This document shows positions 1 through 13,666 of a stretch of 64,000 nucleotides of DNA, in pieces. How positions within the stretch are numbered: position 1 is the stretch's first letter; the number at the start of each line of letters is the position of its first letter. The DNA is from Acidimicrobiales bacterium (GTDB lineage Bacteria > Actinomycetota > Acidimicrobiia > Acidimicrobiales > WLNW01): positions 128,180 to 192,179 of the forward strand of contig DATLFA010000061.1 in the NCBI GenBank assembly GCA_035525225.1, given 5' to 3'. The notes beneath the pieces were generated by a model, which had not been told where the DNA came from, did not search any database, and saw nothing but the letters and a program-made list of their open reading frames with translations. Position numbers and translations under genes: made by a program.

Positions 1-356
1 CGATCGCGTTGAACCCCGTTTTCAAAGAACTCGTCGGGCGTTCGCGACCTGACCTGTGGGCGAGCCCGGAATCCACATCGCGGTACAGCTTCCCCAGCGG
101 TCATGCTGCCGGCACGGCCGCATTGGTGGGAGGACTGGTCATGATGGTCAGAACTGAACGGCGTCGTCTGGCCCTGGCGGTTGGCGCAGTCTTTCTCGCC
201 GTCGTCGGTTTCTCGCGCCTCGCGGTGGGTGTGCACTATCCGTCGGACTTGGTCGCGGGTTGGCTCTGGGTGGGGGCCTGGACAACGCTTCTCTGGTCGA
301 CGCAGGTTTCACGTTGCGCCGGCGGGCACCTCGCCGACCACGGTGCAGCGTCGTAG
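1..356 (+). CDS. PAP2-family phosphatase, C-terminal part (5' end lies upstream of the window)
   Basis: Frame is open from the window edge (track ORF 9..356). SFPSGHAAG and SRLAVGVHYPSDLVAGW match PAP2 motifs PSGH and SRxxxxxHxxxD. Confidence 0.8.
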   Translation, partial: IALNPVFKELVGRSRPDLWASPESTSRYSFPSGHAAGTAALVGGLVMMVRTERRRLALAVGAVFLAVVGFSRLAVGVHYPSDLVAGWLWVGAWTTLLWSTQVSRCAGGHLADHGAAS

Positions 357-1157
357 CTTGCGGTGTCGCGGGTAGTGGTCGGGGAGTGCGAGGTGCATCG
401 TGCGGCGTTCGTCCCAGACGACGAGATCGTCTACGGCCCAACGCCACCGGCACTGGAACCGAGGCTGCGTCGCGTGCTCGTGAAGGAAGCGCAACAACGC
501 GTCGCTCTCGTCGCGGTTCATGCCGACGATGTGGTCCATCCAATAGCCGGCCATGAACAGCGCGAGACGGTCGGAATCCGGGTTGCGGCGCACGAGCGGA
601 TGCTCGACACCGTGGGCGTAGGCGGCCTTGAACCGTTCACCCGACTCCGCGTCGACGAGGGCCGCGAGTCGCTGCATGGCGCCCGCCTCGATCTTGTAGT
701 GCACCCGCAAACGGCGAAGGAGTTGCTGCATCGTCGGTGAGAGCGCGTCGTATGCCGCGGCGGTATCGACCCACATCGTGTCGCCGCCCGCGTCGGGCAC
801 GACCTTCGCGGAGAGCATGCCGAACTTGGGCGGGCGCGGCTCCCAGGGAATGTCGCTGTGCCAGCGGAACGCCTTGGGTGGGCTTGCCTCGTTGTCCTCG
901 ACCCATTCGAGGGGCACGTCCATCCCGGCGCAACGGAACGGTGCATACACCTGTAGCTCGCCCCACTGACGGGCCAACGCAAGTTGTTGATCGTCATCGA
1001 TCTGCTGGTTGCGCATGACCACGACACCATGGCTCACGACCGCATCGTGGATCGCGGCGGCGGTCGCTGGTGTGATGCCGTGATCGATGTCGATACCACT
1101 GAGCACTGCGCCGAAGGTGGCGGTTATCGGCTCGGCATGAAGTCGCTGAATCGTCAT
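309..1157 (-). CDS. TauD/TfdA-family Fe(II)/2-oxoglutarate dioxygenase
   Basis: Track ORF of 282 aa. WHSDIPWEPRPPKFGML (HxD iron ligands) and GGDTMWVDTAAAYDALS are typical of taurine-dioxygenase-like enzymes. Confidence 0.85.
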   Translation of the reverse strand: MTIQRLHAEPITATFGAVLSGIDIDHGITPATAAAIHDAVVSHGVVVMRNQQIDDDQQLALARQWGELQVYAPFRCAGMDVPLEWVEDNEASPPKAFRWHSDIPWEPRPPKFGMLSAKVVPDAGGDTMWVDTAAAYDALSPTMQQLLRRLRVHYKIEAGAMQRLAALVDAESGERFKAAYAHGVEHPLVRRNPDSDRLALFMAGYWMDHIVGMNRDESDALLRFLHEHATQPRFQCRWRWAVDDLVVWDERRTMHLALPDHYPRHRKLRRCTVVGEVPAGAT

Positions 1158-1207
1158 GGCACCACGCTACGACGTGGCGGCGCGCCTGTCGCCGGTAGCC
1201 TGCTGCC

Positions 1208-1804
1208 ATGTTTCCCATCGGGCTGCTCGTGGGAAGCGGATGGGCGTCGGGGCTCAACTTGTGGGCGGTCGTAGGCCTGCTCGGTATCGCCGGGCGCGCC
1301 GGGTGGGCCGACACCCCCGAGTTGCTGCACAACCCGTTGGTCATCGCGGGCGCAGTGGTGCTGTACGCCGTGGAGTTCGTGGTCGACAAGATCCCCTATG
1401 TCGACAGCATGTGGGATATCGCCAACACCGCGATCCGCCCCGCCGGGGCGGGGACGCTCGCGGTGTTGATGACCCCGGACGAAACGACCTCACACCAGGT
1501 CGTGGCAGTGGTGGGCGCAGCCTCTGCGGCCCTCACGAGCCACGCGGCCAAGGCGTCGCTGCGCGCGCTCATCAACGTATCGCCCGAGCCGGCGACGAAC
1601 ATACTGGCGAGCCTGACCGAGGACGGACTCGCCTTCTCGCTCGTCGCGTTCGCGTTCGCGCATCCCCGTACCGCGCTCGTCATCACCGTCGCCGCGATGA
1701 TCGCGTGCATCGTGTTCGTCTGGTGGGCGATGCGTACCTTGCGCCGGGTGGGACGGCGGCTGTGGAGTCGCGGCCGGTCGAATTGGGGTTCAGTAGCGCA
1801 ATGA
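1208..1804 (+). CDS. DUF4126-like integral membrane protein
   Basis: Track ORF of 198 aa with several hydrophobic helices. EFVVDKIPYVDSMWDIANTAIRPAGAG resembles the DUF4126 signature as I remember it. Confidence 0.6.
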   Translation: MFPIGLLVGSGWASGLNLWAVVGLLGIAGRAGWADTPELLHNPLVIAGAVVLYAVEFVVDKIPYVDSMWDIANTAIRPAGAGTLAVLMTPDETTSHQVVAVVGAASAALTSHAAKASLRALINVSPEPATNILASLTEDGLAFSLVAFAFAHPRTALVITVAAMIACIVFVWWAMRTLRRVGRRLWSRGRSNWGSVAQ

Positions 1805-2770
1805 CTTGTCGACCACGTAGCGCAGCGGCACGCCACGCACGAACCGCTCTGCGTTCTCCACGATGATCGCTTGGCGTTCCGCGTCGGTGTCGCTGCCGAA
1901 ACCCGCGACATGCGGAGTGATGAGCACATTGGGAGCACCCCACAAACGGTGATCACTGGGCAGGGGCTCGATTTCGGATACGTCGATGGCGGCGCCGGCG
2001 ATGGCTCCGCGCTCGAGCGCGGTGGTGAGGTCGTCGAGGCGCACCGTCTCGCCTCGGCCGACGTTGATGAAATACGCAGACGGTTTCATCGCCTCGAAGC
2101 GCGAAGAGTGCATCATCCCTTCTGTCACGGGCGTGTGCGGCACGGTGAGCACGACCCAGTCCGCTGCGGGTAGCAGGCGGTCGAGTTCGTCGACGTCGTG
2201 CACCTCGTCGAGCTCGGCCCGCACGCGGTCGGGAAACGTGTCGACCCCGACGACCCGGATGCCGAATGCCCGAGCGCGCGCGGCGGTGGCCGCGCCGACC
2301 TCGCCCACACCGACGAGCAACATGGTCGTTGCCGCGAGATCGAGGATGCCGACATCGTCGAGGTCGCGATGCCACTCGGCACGCGCTTGGGCGGCCGCGT
2401 ATCGAGGTAGGCCGCGGGCGAACGACAGCACGTACGCCATGATGTGGTTCGCGAGGTTGTCGCGATACACACCGCGCAGGTTGGTGACGATCACCGGGTG
2501 GTCGACGAGCTCTGGGAAGAAGAACTCCGGCGGTGGTGCAGCCGCCGGTGCCTGGAGCCAGCGCAGGCGCGGCGCCGCCGCGAGAAGTTCGGGCGTGAGC
2601 ATGCCGAACGCCGCGGTGGCAGTCGCGAGCAGCGCGCGCGGGTCCTCGTCGGGCTCCGCGACGCGAACCGCCATCTTGGGCACGCCGGCGCCGACGGCGC
2701 GCGCCCACTCGTGCAGCGGCAGCATGAAGAACCCCTCGACGGGGAGGAATACCATCGTCTCGCCGGTCAT
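1790..2770 (-). CDS. D-isomer-specific 2-hydroxyacid dehydrogenase (NAD-binding)
   Basis: Track ORF 1790..2782. [17 protein letters not shown] is the GxGxxG motif; INVGRG and ITPHVAG are family motifs. I prefer the ATG at 2770; a GTG at 2782 is also possible. Confidence 0.85.
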   Translation of the reverse strand: MTGETMVFLPVEGFFMLPLHEWARAVGAGVPKMAVRVAEPDEDPRALLATATAAFGMLTPELLAAAPRLRWLQAPAAAPPPEFFFPELVDHPVIVTNLRGVYRDNLANHIMAYVLSFARGLPRYAAAQARAEWHRDLDDVGILDLAATTMLLVGVGEVGAATAARARAFGIRVVGVDTFPDRVRAELDEVHDVDELDRLLPAADWVVLTVPHTPVTEGMMHSSRFEAMKPSAYFINVGRGETVRLDDLTTALERGAIAGAAIDVSEIEPLPSDHRLWGAPNVLITPHVAGFGSDTDAERQAIIVENAERFVRGVPLRYVVDKSLRY

Positions 2771-2930
2771 TGCCCCAGCCACGCTTCGGCGACCCGATCA
2801 GTCGCAGGTGAATTCTGTACCTCGAGGACCACCGCCGGTAGGCCGAACGGCACCCCCGGCGAGTCTCCCCGGTTGCGGGCACAACACGCAATCCGCGGGT
2901 ACAGCCTCATTCTTGGGGGTTGTCGCGCCG

Positions 2931-5321
2931 ATGCGGAGTCTGATGAAAGGGCCTATCGGCGAGATCGCGGGGACGAACCCGGCCCCGGGCGGCCCCGTCG
3001 CGCCGGTTCGGCGCCGGACGGTGCCGTGGACGCGGCTAGCGGTGATGGCCGGCGGCGCGGTGTTGACGGTGTCGCTGTTTTGGGGATTGCAGGGCGTGGG
3101 GCGCGACGCGGTGACCCCGGTGGCGGGCGCGCTGGCGGTCGCCACCATCCTCGTCGGCACGCGGCTTCACCTCAAGGGCGAATCGATGCGGTCGTTGCGA
3201 TCGTCGCCCTGGTGGCTACTCGCGGCGGGTGTCGCGGTGTTGGCGGCAACGAGTGCCGGGACCAGTGCCTCACTGTCCCACGGCGGGCTTGTCGCGTTGG
3301 CTTCGCTCGGCGCCTATCCGCTGTTGGCAATCGGGCTCTTGCGGTTGTTGTGTGTCCGGTTGCCGCACCGAAGCGCCGACGTGCTGGCACAGGCGGGCAT
3401 GACGGCGACGGTGGTCGGGTTCGGCTGCGCCGCGGTCCTCGCCCCCGAATGGCACGACACGTTGTCGGCGCCGTACGCGCTCGCGATCCTCGCGCTGCCG
3501 GCACTCGACGCCGCGCTGCTCGTCATCGCGGTGCGCGTGCTCCTCCTGCCCGGTGATCGGCTCTTCGTCTCACGCGCGGTGGTACTCGCGGTGTCGTACC
3601 TGTTGGGTGCACACCTGGCGGCGGCGATGGGGACGTTCAGTGGATGGGCAGTGCCCGACGGTGTGGTGCGCGTGCTCCTCGTGTGCTCGTTCACGTTCTG
3701 GGCCGCCGGTGCGCTCGACCCGAGCATGCGGCGGCTTGCCGATCCGCTGGCCGAGGACCCACCGACGTTCAGCACCGTTCACTTCGTCCTGATCGAAGTC
3801 GGCATGTTGGCCACGCCGATCCTCGTGGTGCTCTGCGCGCAGAGAGGCACCGTGATCACCGTGGGCGCCGCGATCGCAGCAGGCATGGTCTCGGGGGTGT
3901 TGGCGGCGTACGTCGGCCACCTGTTGTGGCAGCGGGGTGCCCTCGAGCGCAGTGCACTGCATGATCCGCTCACCGGTCTCGCCAACCGCACGTTGTTCGC
4001 AGATCGCGTTGCTCGGGCGATCGCCCACGCTCGCCGGAACAATCTGCCGGTTGCGGTGTTGCTGGTCGACCTCGATCATTTCAAGAAGGTCAACGACAGC
4101 CTCGGTCATTCTGCGGGCGACGTGTTGTTGCGTGAGGTCGCGCGACGGCTACAAGCGAGCGTGCGCGAGGAGGACACCGTTGCGCGGCTCGGCGGCGACG
4201 AGTTCGCCGTGCTGCTGCCCCACGTCGCCGGTATCGAGGCAGCGGCGTTCGTGGGCGATCGGCTGCTCGGCGCATTCGCCACGCCCGTGTCGATCGCCGA
4301 ACAACAGGTCATGGTGACGGCCAGCATCGGGCTGAGCCTGTATCCCGACGATGGCCCCGATCTCGAAGCACTCATCGAAGGTGCCGACGCGGCGATGTAT
4401 CGCGCGAAGGAGCAGGGCCGGAACACCGTCGAGGTCTTCAGCCCCGCGCTGATGACGCAGGCCCATGAACGGCTCGCCCTCGAATCCGCACTGCGCCTCG
4501 CGGTCGAGAGCGACGAGCTCGTGTTGCACTACCAACCCAAGGTCGACCTGCGCACCGGCGCCATCTGCGGGGCAGAAGCACTCGTGCGCTGGAACCATCC
4601 GGAAAAGGGGCTGCTGTTCCCGGGACACTTCGTGCCCTTGGCCGAACAGAGCGGCTTGATGGTGGCAATGGGGGAGTACGTGATTGCCGCCGCCCTCGAA
4701 CAGTTGCAGCAGTGGCGCGCCGGCGGGCTTGCGCCTCTCGTCATGTCGGTGAACATCTCGGCCCGCCAACTCTGCAGCGGGCTCGCCGACTACATCTCGA
4801 GAGCGCTGCGAATGACGGGCGTCGATCCACGGTCGTTGGAGCTCGAACTGACCGAAAGCGCGGCGGTCGAGAGCCTCGACCTGACCGCCAGCGAACTCAA
4901 CGAGTTGCGGGCAATCGGGGTGCGTTGCAGCATCGATGACTTCGGCACGGGCTATTGCGGTCTGAGCTACCTGAGCCGTCTGCCCATCGACGTGCTCAAG
5001 ATCGACAGGTCGTTCATCCACACCATGACCGCCGCTGACGCGTCGATCGTCACGGCCATCATTGCGCTAGGGCACAGTCTCGGGTTGCGCGTGGTCGCCG
5101 AAGGCGTCGAGACCCCCGAACAGCTGGCCTACCTCGCCCATCGGGGCTGCGACGAAGTGCAGGGGTACCTGTTCAGCAAACCGGTCCCCGCGCACGAATT
5201 CACACGGCTGCTGATCGAACACGCGCCGGGCGGACCTGGCCGACTGCCTGTGCGCACCATCGGCACCGCCGAAAACGGAGTGCGATTGATCGACGACCGC
5301 ACCGCAGTCGTCTTGCCATAG
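2931..5321 (+). CDS. Polytopic membrane GGDEF/EAL protein (diguanylate cyclase/phosphodiesterase)
   Basis: In-frame ATG at 2931 inside track ORF 1986..5321; the upstream part is an antisense shadow of the dehydrogenase gene. About 10 hydrophobic segments are followed by [11 protein letters not shown] and EALVRW...[13 protein letters not shown]. Start is uncertain. Confidence 0.85.
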   Translation: MRSLMKGPIGEIAGTNPAPGGPVAPVRRRTVPWTRLAVMAGGAVLTVSLFWGLQGVGRDAVTPVAGALAVATILVGTRLHLKGESMRSLRSSPWWLLAAGVAVLAATSAGTSASLSHGGLVALASLGAYPLLAIGLLRLLCVRLPHRSADVLAQAGMTATVVGFGCAAVLAPEWHDTLSAPYALAILALPALDAALLVIAVRVLLLPGDRLFVSRAVVLAVSYLLGAHLAAAMGTFSGWAVPDGVVRVLLVCSFTFWAAGALDPSMRRLADPLAEDPPTFSTVHFVLIEVGMLATPILVVLCAQRGTVITVGAAIAAGMVSGVLAAYVGHLLWQRGALERSALHDPLTGLANRTLFADRVARAIAHARRNNLPVAVLLVDLDHFKKVNDSLGHSAGDVLLREVARRLQASVREEDTVARLGGDEFAVLLPHVAGIEAAAFVGDRLLGAFATPVSIAEQQVMVTASIGLSLYPDDGPDLEALIEGADAAMYRAKEQGRNTVEVFSPALMTQAHERLALESALRLAVESDELVLHYQPKVDLRTGAICGAEALVRWNHPEKGLLFPGHFVPLAEQSGLMVAMGEYVIAAALEQLQQWRAGGLAPLVMSVNISARQLCSGLADYISRALRMTGVDPRSLELELTESAAVESLDLTASELNELRAIGVRCSIDDFGTGYCGLSYLSRLPIDVLKIDRSFIHTMTAADASIVTAIIALGHSLGLRVVAEGVETPEQLAYLAHRGCDEVQGYLFSKPVPAHEFTRLLIEHAPGGPGRLPVRTIGTAENGVRLIDDRTAVVLP

Positions 5322-5369
5322 CCGAAGGTGCGGCGCCCGCCAAGACGGCAGATCAATACCACTTGCCTC

Positions 5370-5531
5370 TCAGTACCACTTGCCTTTGGCGAAGCCGCCG
5401 AACGCAACGAGGCCGACCAGGGCCACGATGATACCGAGCAGAAGGCTCCAGAACAGAGCGATGACGATACCCGCGATGACGAGTGCGCCGCCGATACCGA
5501 TGCCCGTGCTACGTGAAGATTCGGTTGCCAC
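5370..5531 (-). CDS. Small (53 aa) two-helix membrane protein, family not recognised
   Basis: Not in the ORF track. GTG is the complement of 5529-5531, with GAGAGG 6 nt upstream. Translation: VATESSRSTGIGIGGALVIAGIVIALFWSLLLGIIVALVGLVAFGGFAKGKWY. Stop is the complement of 5370-5372. GC3 is moderately high. Confidence 0.45.
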   Translation of the reverse strand: MATESSRSTGIGIGGALVIAGIVIALFWSLLLGIIVALVGLVAFGGFAKGKWY

Positions 5532-5730
5532 GATATGCCTCTCGTTTTGGTAGTTGATCGCCTCTACCCCCTACGGAGGCCCCCTAATCACCTCTCACCG
5601 AGGGTGAGATGTGAGGTGCCCAGACGGCGATCGAGCGACTCTAGCCGCTTTCCATCACTTCGACCGCGGAGCGGTCGATGAGAGTGGTGGATCTCGAGGT
5701 CCGTCAGATCCGGAAGCCAGGTAACCCGCA

Positions 5731-7821
5731 GTGCCGCACGCGATCGCCCGGCAAACTTCGATCTTGTTCATCGGGCTCAGCGATGAAGACGCTCTGCGAT
5801 GCGAGGCGCTTCTCGACGAGGCGTCCCCGTCGGAGTTCGCTACGACATGGATGACCGTCGCCGAGGCGACGTCGCTCCTCGAAAGCGAGATGCCGGACTG
5901 CGCGGTGGTCGATCTCCCACTTGCAGACGCAGAAAGTGGTCTCGCGACCGTTGAAATGCTCGCCGCCCGCTCAGCCGTCGTAGCGCTCATCGTGTTGACC
6001 GATCGTGCCGACGCCGACTTCGGTATGGCCACGCTCGAGGCCGGCGCGGACTTCTACCTCTTCAAGACCAGATTGAAAGCCAACCTCTTCGTACGGTGCG
6101 TTCGCCAAGCCATCGTGCGCAAGCGAGTAGAAGCCTCGTTGGCGGAGGCGCAGAACATCGCCCGGGTCGGCAGTTGGGAGGTCGACCTCGCTACTTCGGC
6201 AGTGCGCTGGTCGCGCGAGCTGTACCGTGTCTTCGACATCAGCAACGACGTAAAGCCGACTTTCGGCGCGCTCTTGCACCGGATACACCACGACGACCGC
6301 GCGTCAGCGCTGAAGATGTTCCAGGCCACGCTCGACGAGCACAGTGCGTTCGCCATCGAGTTTCGCGTCCTTCACGACGACGGGTTGACTCGGTGGGTGC
6401 GCGCCAGCGGCAGAGTCGAGCACGATGCCCATGGTCGGCCGGGACGGTTGATCGGTACCACGCAGGACATCACCGAGCAAAGGGTGGCTCGCGACGCGGT
6501 GATCCACCAGGCGTTCCACGATCCCCTCACCGGCCTGCCGAACCGGCTACTGCTGCTCGACCGCATGACCCAAGCCTTGGCCCGCCTGGCCCGCCAGCCC
6601 TCGACCGTCGCGGTGATCTACCTCGACATCGATCGCTTCCGCATGATGAACGACAGCCTCGGCTACGCGGAGGGAGACGAACTGTTGAAGGCCGTTGCCG
6701 GCCGGCTCGCGGGTCTCGTGCGTCCCGAGGACACGCTGGCGCGCACGGGCGGCGACGAATTCGTCGTGTTGTGCGAAGGGCTCGACGGTGAAGGTGGCGC
6801 GGTCGATATCGCCGATCGCATCTGCACATGGATGCAAGAGCCGCTGGCGTGGCACGGCCGAGAATTGGTGATCACGATGAGCGCCGGCATCGCGCTCGCG
6901 ACCTCCAACACACTCAGCCCGGAGATGTTGCTCAGAGATGCGGACGCCGCCATGTACACGTCGAAACGCGAACGGCGCACGCGCTGTGCGGTGTTCGTCG
7001 CGTCCATGCGCGACAAAGCCGCCGGCCTGCTCGACACCGAGATGTCGCTGCGCCGATCCATCGACGACGGCGATCTTCGGTTGCACTACCAACCGATCTT
7101 GTCCCTCGTCGACGCCCGAGTGCTCGGCCACGAGGCGTTGGTCAGATGGGCGCACCCGACCCGCGGACTGATCGCGCCCGATCAGTTCATCTCGATCGCC
7201 GAAGAGAGTGGGCTCATCGTTCCACTCGGTGCGTGGGTGCTCCGCGAAGCGTGCCTCCAGGCAAAGCGGTTCCAACAACGCGATCCGCGATGGTCGAGGC
7301 TCACGATGTCGGTGAACCTGTCGGGTCGCCAACTGGGTCAACCCGATCTGGCCGACGTGGTCAGAGCGGCGTTGAGCGACGCCGAATTGTCTCCGGGTGA
7401 CCTACAGCTCGAGATGACCGAAAGCGTGTTGATGGATGATGCGGGACACGCCATCGCGATCCTGGAGACACTGAAACGCCTGGGTCTGCGTCTGGGGATC
7501 GACGACTTCGGTACCGGTTACTCGTCGTTGGCGTATCTGCGCCGCTTCCCCGTCGACGTACTCAAGATCGATCGGTCGTTCATCGACGGGCTGGGCCGAG
7601 ATCTCGAAGATTCTGCAATCGTCGCCGCGCTCGTGAGTCTCGCCGACACGCTCGGGCTCACGACGATCGCCGAGGGCGTCGAGACCGAACTCCAGCGCGA
7701 GTCGCTCCTGGTTCTGGGGTGCACGCGCGCCCAGGGCTATCTATTCGGCCGCCCGGTCGGGGCGCCCGAGGCCGAGCAATTCCTCGACCGCGCCGCGGAG
7801 AATCTCGCCCGCATGGTCTGA
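5731..7821 (+). CDS. Receiver-PAS-GGDEF-EAL c-di-GMP signalling protein
   Basis: Track ORF of 696 aa with a GTG start. Domains: receiver-like N-terminus (VVDLPLAD), PAS (SWEVDL...WSRELYRVFD), RTGGDEFVVLC, and EALVRW plus DDFGTGYSSLAYL. Confidence 0.85.
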   Translation: MPHAIARQTSILFIGLSDEDALRCEALLDEASPSEFATTWMTVAEATSLLESEMPDCAVVDLPLADAESGLATVEMLAARSAVVALIVLTDRADADFGMATLEAGADFYLFKTRLKANLFVRCVRQAIVRKRVEASLAEAQNIARVGSWEVDLATSAVRWSRELYRVFDISNDVKPTFGALLHRIHHDDRASALKMFQATLDEHSAFAIEFRVLHDDGLTRWVRASGRVEHDAHGRPGRLIGTTQDITEQRVARDAVIHQAFHDPLTGLPNRLLLLDRMTQALARLARQPSTVAVIYLDIDRFRMMNDSLGYAEGDELLKAVAGRLAGLVRPEDTLARTGGDEFVVLCEGLDGEGGAVDIADRICTWMQEPLAWHGRELVITMSAGIALATSNTLSPEMLLRDADAAMYTSKRERRTRCAVFVASMRDKAAGLLDTEMSLRRSIDDGDLRLHYQPILSLVDARVLGHEALVRWAHPTRGLIAPDQFISIAEESGLIVPLGAWVLREACLQAKRFQQRDPRWSRLTMSVNLSGRQLGQPDLADVVRAALSDAELSPGDLQLEMTESVLMDDAGHAIAILETLKRLGLRLGIDDFGTGYSSLAYLRRFPVDVLKIDRSFIDGLGRDLEDSAIVAALVSLADTLGLTTIAEGVETELQRESLLVLGCTRAQGYLFGRPVGAPEAEQFLDRAAENLARMV

Positions 7822-7917
7822 ACGCATCATCTTCGACCTGTTGCTGCCGATGTGAAGGTCGAGGCCCGGACGTCTACGCCCCTTCACCCGCGATTTCGCG
7901 ACCTCAGAGGAGCTCCC

Positions 7918-10868
<2,951 letters not shown>

Positions 10869-10869
<1 letters not shown>

Positions 10870-11726
10870 TGACCGCGGCGCCCGACCTCGTCGAGCAAGT
10901 ACCGATCCTGGTGGTCGACGACAACTTCGCGAAGCGCCTCGCATTGAAGGCGGTGCTGGCACCGCTCGGCTATCGCGTCGTCGAGGCCGATTCGGGCGTC
11001 ACGGCGTTGCGTTGTGTATTGGCGGAGAACTTCGCAGTCATCCTCCTCGACGTTGCGATGCCGGTCATGGATGGCTTCGAGACGGCGGCGCTCATCCGTC
11101 AACGCGAAGAGTCCGAGCTGACACCGATCATCTTCATAACGGCGTACAAGAGTGACGAGATCGTCACAGACGATCTCTATGCCGAGGGAGCGGTCGACTT
11201 CATATTCGCGCCCGTGCCTCCGGCCGAGCTCCGGGCGAAGGTGTCTGTCTTCGCGAATCTTTTCACCAGAGCCGCCTCGCTCGCTCGGCAAGCCCGCGAG
11301 TTGCAGGTAACGGCCGATCAGCTCCGGCTGCTCACGGACGCAGCCCCGATCGGCATCTTCCAAACCGACGCGCACCATCGATACGTGTACACGAACCCGC
11401 GCTGGAGCGAGATCACCGGGATGTCTGCGGAAGCCGCCCTCGGTCGCCGATGGGAATCGATCGTCGCCACGGAACTTCGCGAGGATCTCGTCGCGGCGTT
11501 GGCCGTCAGCGCGGCAGACCGTGGTGAGCTGAGTCGCCGGTTCGCGATGTCGAACCCGGCTTCGGGTCCGCGCATCGTGCTCGTGACCGCGAGGTCGATC
11601 GCCGATCGAAACGGCGCCGTCACCGGCTGGGTCGGCACCCTCGCTGATGTCACCGCCGACGTGGGCGTCGAGACCGCGTTGTCCGTTGCGCGCGATGCCG
11701 CTACCGAGGCATCTCGGCAAGCGTGA
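10869..11726 (+). CDS. Receiver + PAS protein; appears to be the N-terminal fragment of a disrupted hybrid histidine kinase
   Basis: ATG 10869 overlaps the upstream stop (GTGATG). Receiver [11 protein letters not shown]...[11 protein letters not shown]; [34 protein letters not shown]. It ends ...[12 protein letters not shown] exactly where an H-box normally follows. Confidence 0.7.
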
Positions 11727-12491
11727 TTACGCACAGACCGTTCGCAACTCGGGCGAAGCGCTGTTGACCATCATCAACGACATTCTCGACTTGACGAAGG
11801 TCGAAGCGGGGAAACTCGATATCGAGGACATCGATTCGACGTACGGGCCATTGTCGACGATGTCGTCGACCTTCTCGCCGGGTCCGCGCAAGCGAAGGGT
11901 CTCGAGTTGGTGGCAATCATCGACGGCGCGCTGACACCGGTGGTCAGTGGCGACCCCGGTCGGTTGCGCCAAGTGTTGACCAATCTGATCGGCAATGCGA
12001 TCAAGTTCACGCAGAGCGGTGAGATCGTCGTGCGCGTTCTCGATCCCGAGATGAACGGCGCCGATGCGCGCATCCGTTTCGAGGTCTCCGACACCGGCGA
12101 CGGGATCGCGCCCGACAAGCTCGCACTCGTCCTTCAGCCCTTCGTCCAAGGCCACCTGTCCACACCGCGCAAGTACGGAGGCACAGGTCTCGGCTTGGCC
12201 ATCAGCGCGCAGTTGGTCGCGCTCATGGGGGGCGAGTGCGGCGTGATCAGCCGGCTGGCGCGGGGCAGGACGTTCTGGTTCACGATTCGCGTGCGAGTCG
12301 ATGCCGCGTCCGTCGCGCCCGAACATCCGCCGCTCGATGCCGACATGGCGGGCGTGCGTGTGCTGATCGTCGACGACAGTGCGGCGCAGCGCGGCGTGTT
12401 GTCGTCCAAGCTGGCAGACACCACGAGAGCCTTCAATCGTGTTTGCGCATCGCGTTGGGGTTGCGGGGTGACGATGCGATTCCGGGGTTGA
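11719..12491 (+). pseudogene. Histidine-kinase core remnant: H-box deleted, 1-nt frameshift, truncated receiver stub
   Basis: One frame reads [38 protein letters not shown]. After a 1-nt loss near 11834 (GATTC where GAT TTC is expected) the next frame reads [31 protein letters not shown]...GDPGRLRQVLTNLIGNAIKFT...SDTGDGI...GGTGLGLAIS...VRVLIVDDSAAQRGVLSSKL. No phospho-acceptor His box is found in any frame. Confidence 0.7.
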
Positions 12492-13666
12492 TGCTCTCGG
12501 CGCGTGCGCGATCGCCCAAAGATGTCGGTCGCGTGCTGGTGGCCGAGGACAATCTGGTCAACCAGAAGGTCGCCATCGCGATTCTCACGAACGCCGGCTA
12601 TCAGGTCGACACCGTTTCGAACGGCGCTGCGGCAGTGCGCGCGGTTGCCGCGCAGTCCTACGACACCATCTTGATGGACTGCCATATGCCGGAGATGAAC
12701 GGCTACGAGGCCACCGCCGCGATTCGGGCGCAAGTCACGGGCGGGCATTACACACCCATCATTGCGATGACCGCAGGAGCGCGTGTGGAAGATCGCACCC
12801 GTTGTCTTGCCGTAGGGATGGACAGCTACCTCGCCAAACCGATCAGCAAGGATTCGTTGCTGGCCCTCGTCGCCCGGTTCGTGAAGAAGGGCAAGGCCAC
12901 GCGTGGGCCATCGGCGCGCATCCTCCTCGTCGAGGACAATCCCGTCAACCAGAAGGTCGGGCAGGCCATGCTCGAGGTGCTCGGCTACCGGGTCGACGTC
13001 GTCGCCAACGGGTCTGCGGTCATCGACGCCGCAATGGCGACGGCGTATCACGCGATCCTGATGGACTGTCACATCCCGATCCTCGACGGCCTCGAGGCGA
13101 CGAGGGAGATACGGCGCCTCCAGGGTTCGCGCCACACTCCGATCATGGCGGTCACTGCTTCGGCGATGGAGTCGGACCACGAACGCTGTCTCGACGCCGG
13201 CATGGACGGCTATCTCGCCAAGCCCCTGACGCTCAAGGCTCTGGCGGCAACGCTGATCCGCTGGGCGCCGGGCGGAGCGATTCCCCCCGCGCTGGTGGAT
13301 CTCGACGACGACCCGCGGCCCGCTCTCGATCGTCAGATCGTCGACCGCCTCACGCAACTCGCCATGATCGCCGGTGAAGATCTCATGGAGAAATTGACGG
13401 CGCTCTTCGTGACGGAGGCCTACTCGCGGGTCGCGGAATTCCGCCGCGGGCTCGCGGCCGGTGACGCCGACGCGCTGTGGAGAGCGGCTCATGCGCTGAG
13501 TGGGTCGAGCGCCACCCTCGGCGCCACCGGCCTCGCCGGCTTGTGCTCCACCTTGGCGTCGGACAGCGCAGCACACAACCTGGCCGGCGTCGAGGCGCAA
13601 CTCGATGCCATTGACGACGAGTTGGCGCGCGTGCTCACGGCCCTCGGACCGAACGGTGCGCCGTGA
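12491..13666 (+). CDS. Tandem receiver + HPt phosphotransfer protein (C-terminal fragment of the disrupted hybrid kinase; may be expressed alone)
   Basis: ATG 12491 overlaps the stop of the preceding fragment (TGATG) and is in frame with track ORF 12236..13666. Two receivers (VLVAEDNLVNQK...LMDCHMPEMNG...AKP and ILLVEDNPVNQK...LMDCHIPILDG...AKP). HPt motif AAHALSGSSATLGA. Confidence 0.65.
   Translation: MLSARARSPKDVGRVLVAEDNLVNQKVAIAILTNAGYQVDTVSNGAAAVRAVAAQSYDTILMDCHMPEMNGYEATAAIRAQVTGGHYTPIIAMTAGARVEDRTRCLAVGMDSYLAKPISKDSLLALVARFVKKGKATRGPSARILLVEDNPVNQKVGQAMLEVLGYRVDVVANGSAVIDAAMATAYHAILMDCHIPILDGLEATREIRRLQGSRHTPIMAVTASAMESDHERCLDAGMDGYLAKPLTLKALAATLIRWAPGGAIPPALVDLDDDPRPALDRQIVDRLTQLAMIAGEDLMEKLTALFVTEAYSRVAEFRRGLAAGDADALWRAAHALSGSSATLGATGLAGLCSTLASDSAAHNLAGVEAQLDAIDDELARVLTALGPNGAP

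Noticed and set aside
1986-2930. The 5' third of the 1111-aa track ORF 1986..5321, which would add ~315 residues to the GGDEF/EAL protein.
   Set aside because: It is antisense to the well-supported 2-hydroxyacid dehydrogenase gene. It translates to Ala/Arg/Ser-rich low complexity typical of GC-rich shadow frames. A plausible ATG at 2931 precedes the first hydrophobic segment.
5532-5730. A c-di-GMP riboswitch (GEMM) or guanidine riboswitch next to c-di-GMP genes and a small membrane protein.
   Set aside because: I could not find the conserved GEMM-I/II cores or the ACGR-loop or ykkC-type motifs on either strand. I kept the region only as an unclassified structured region.
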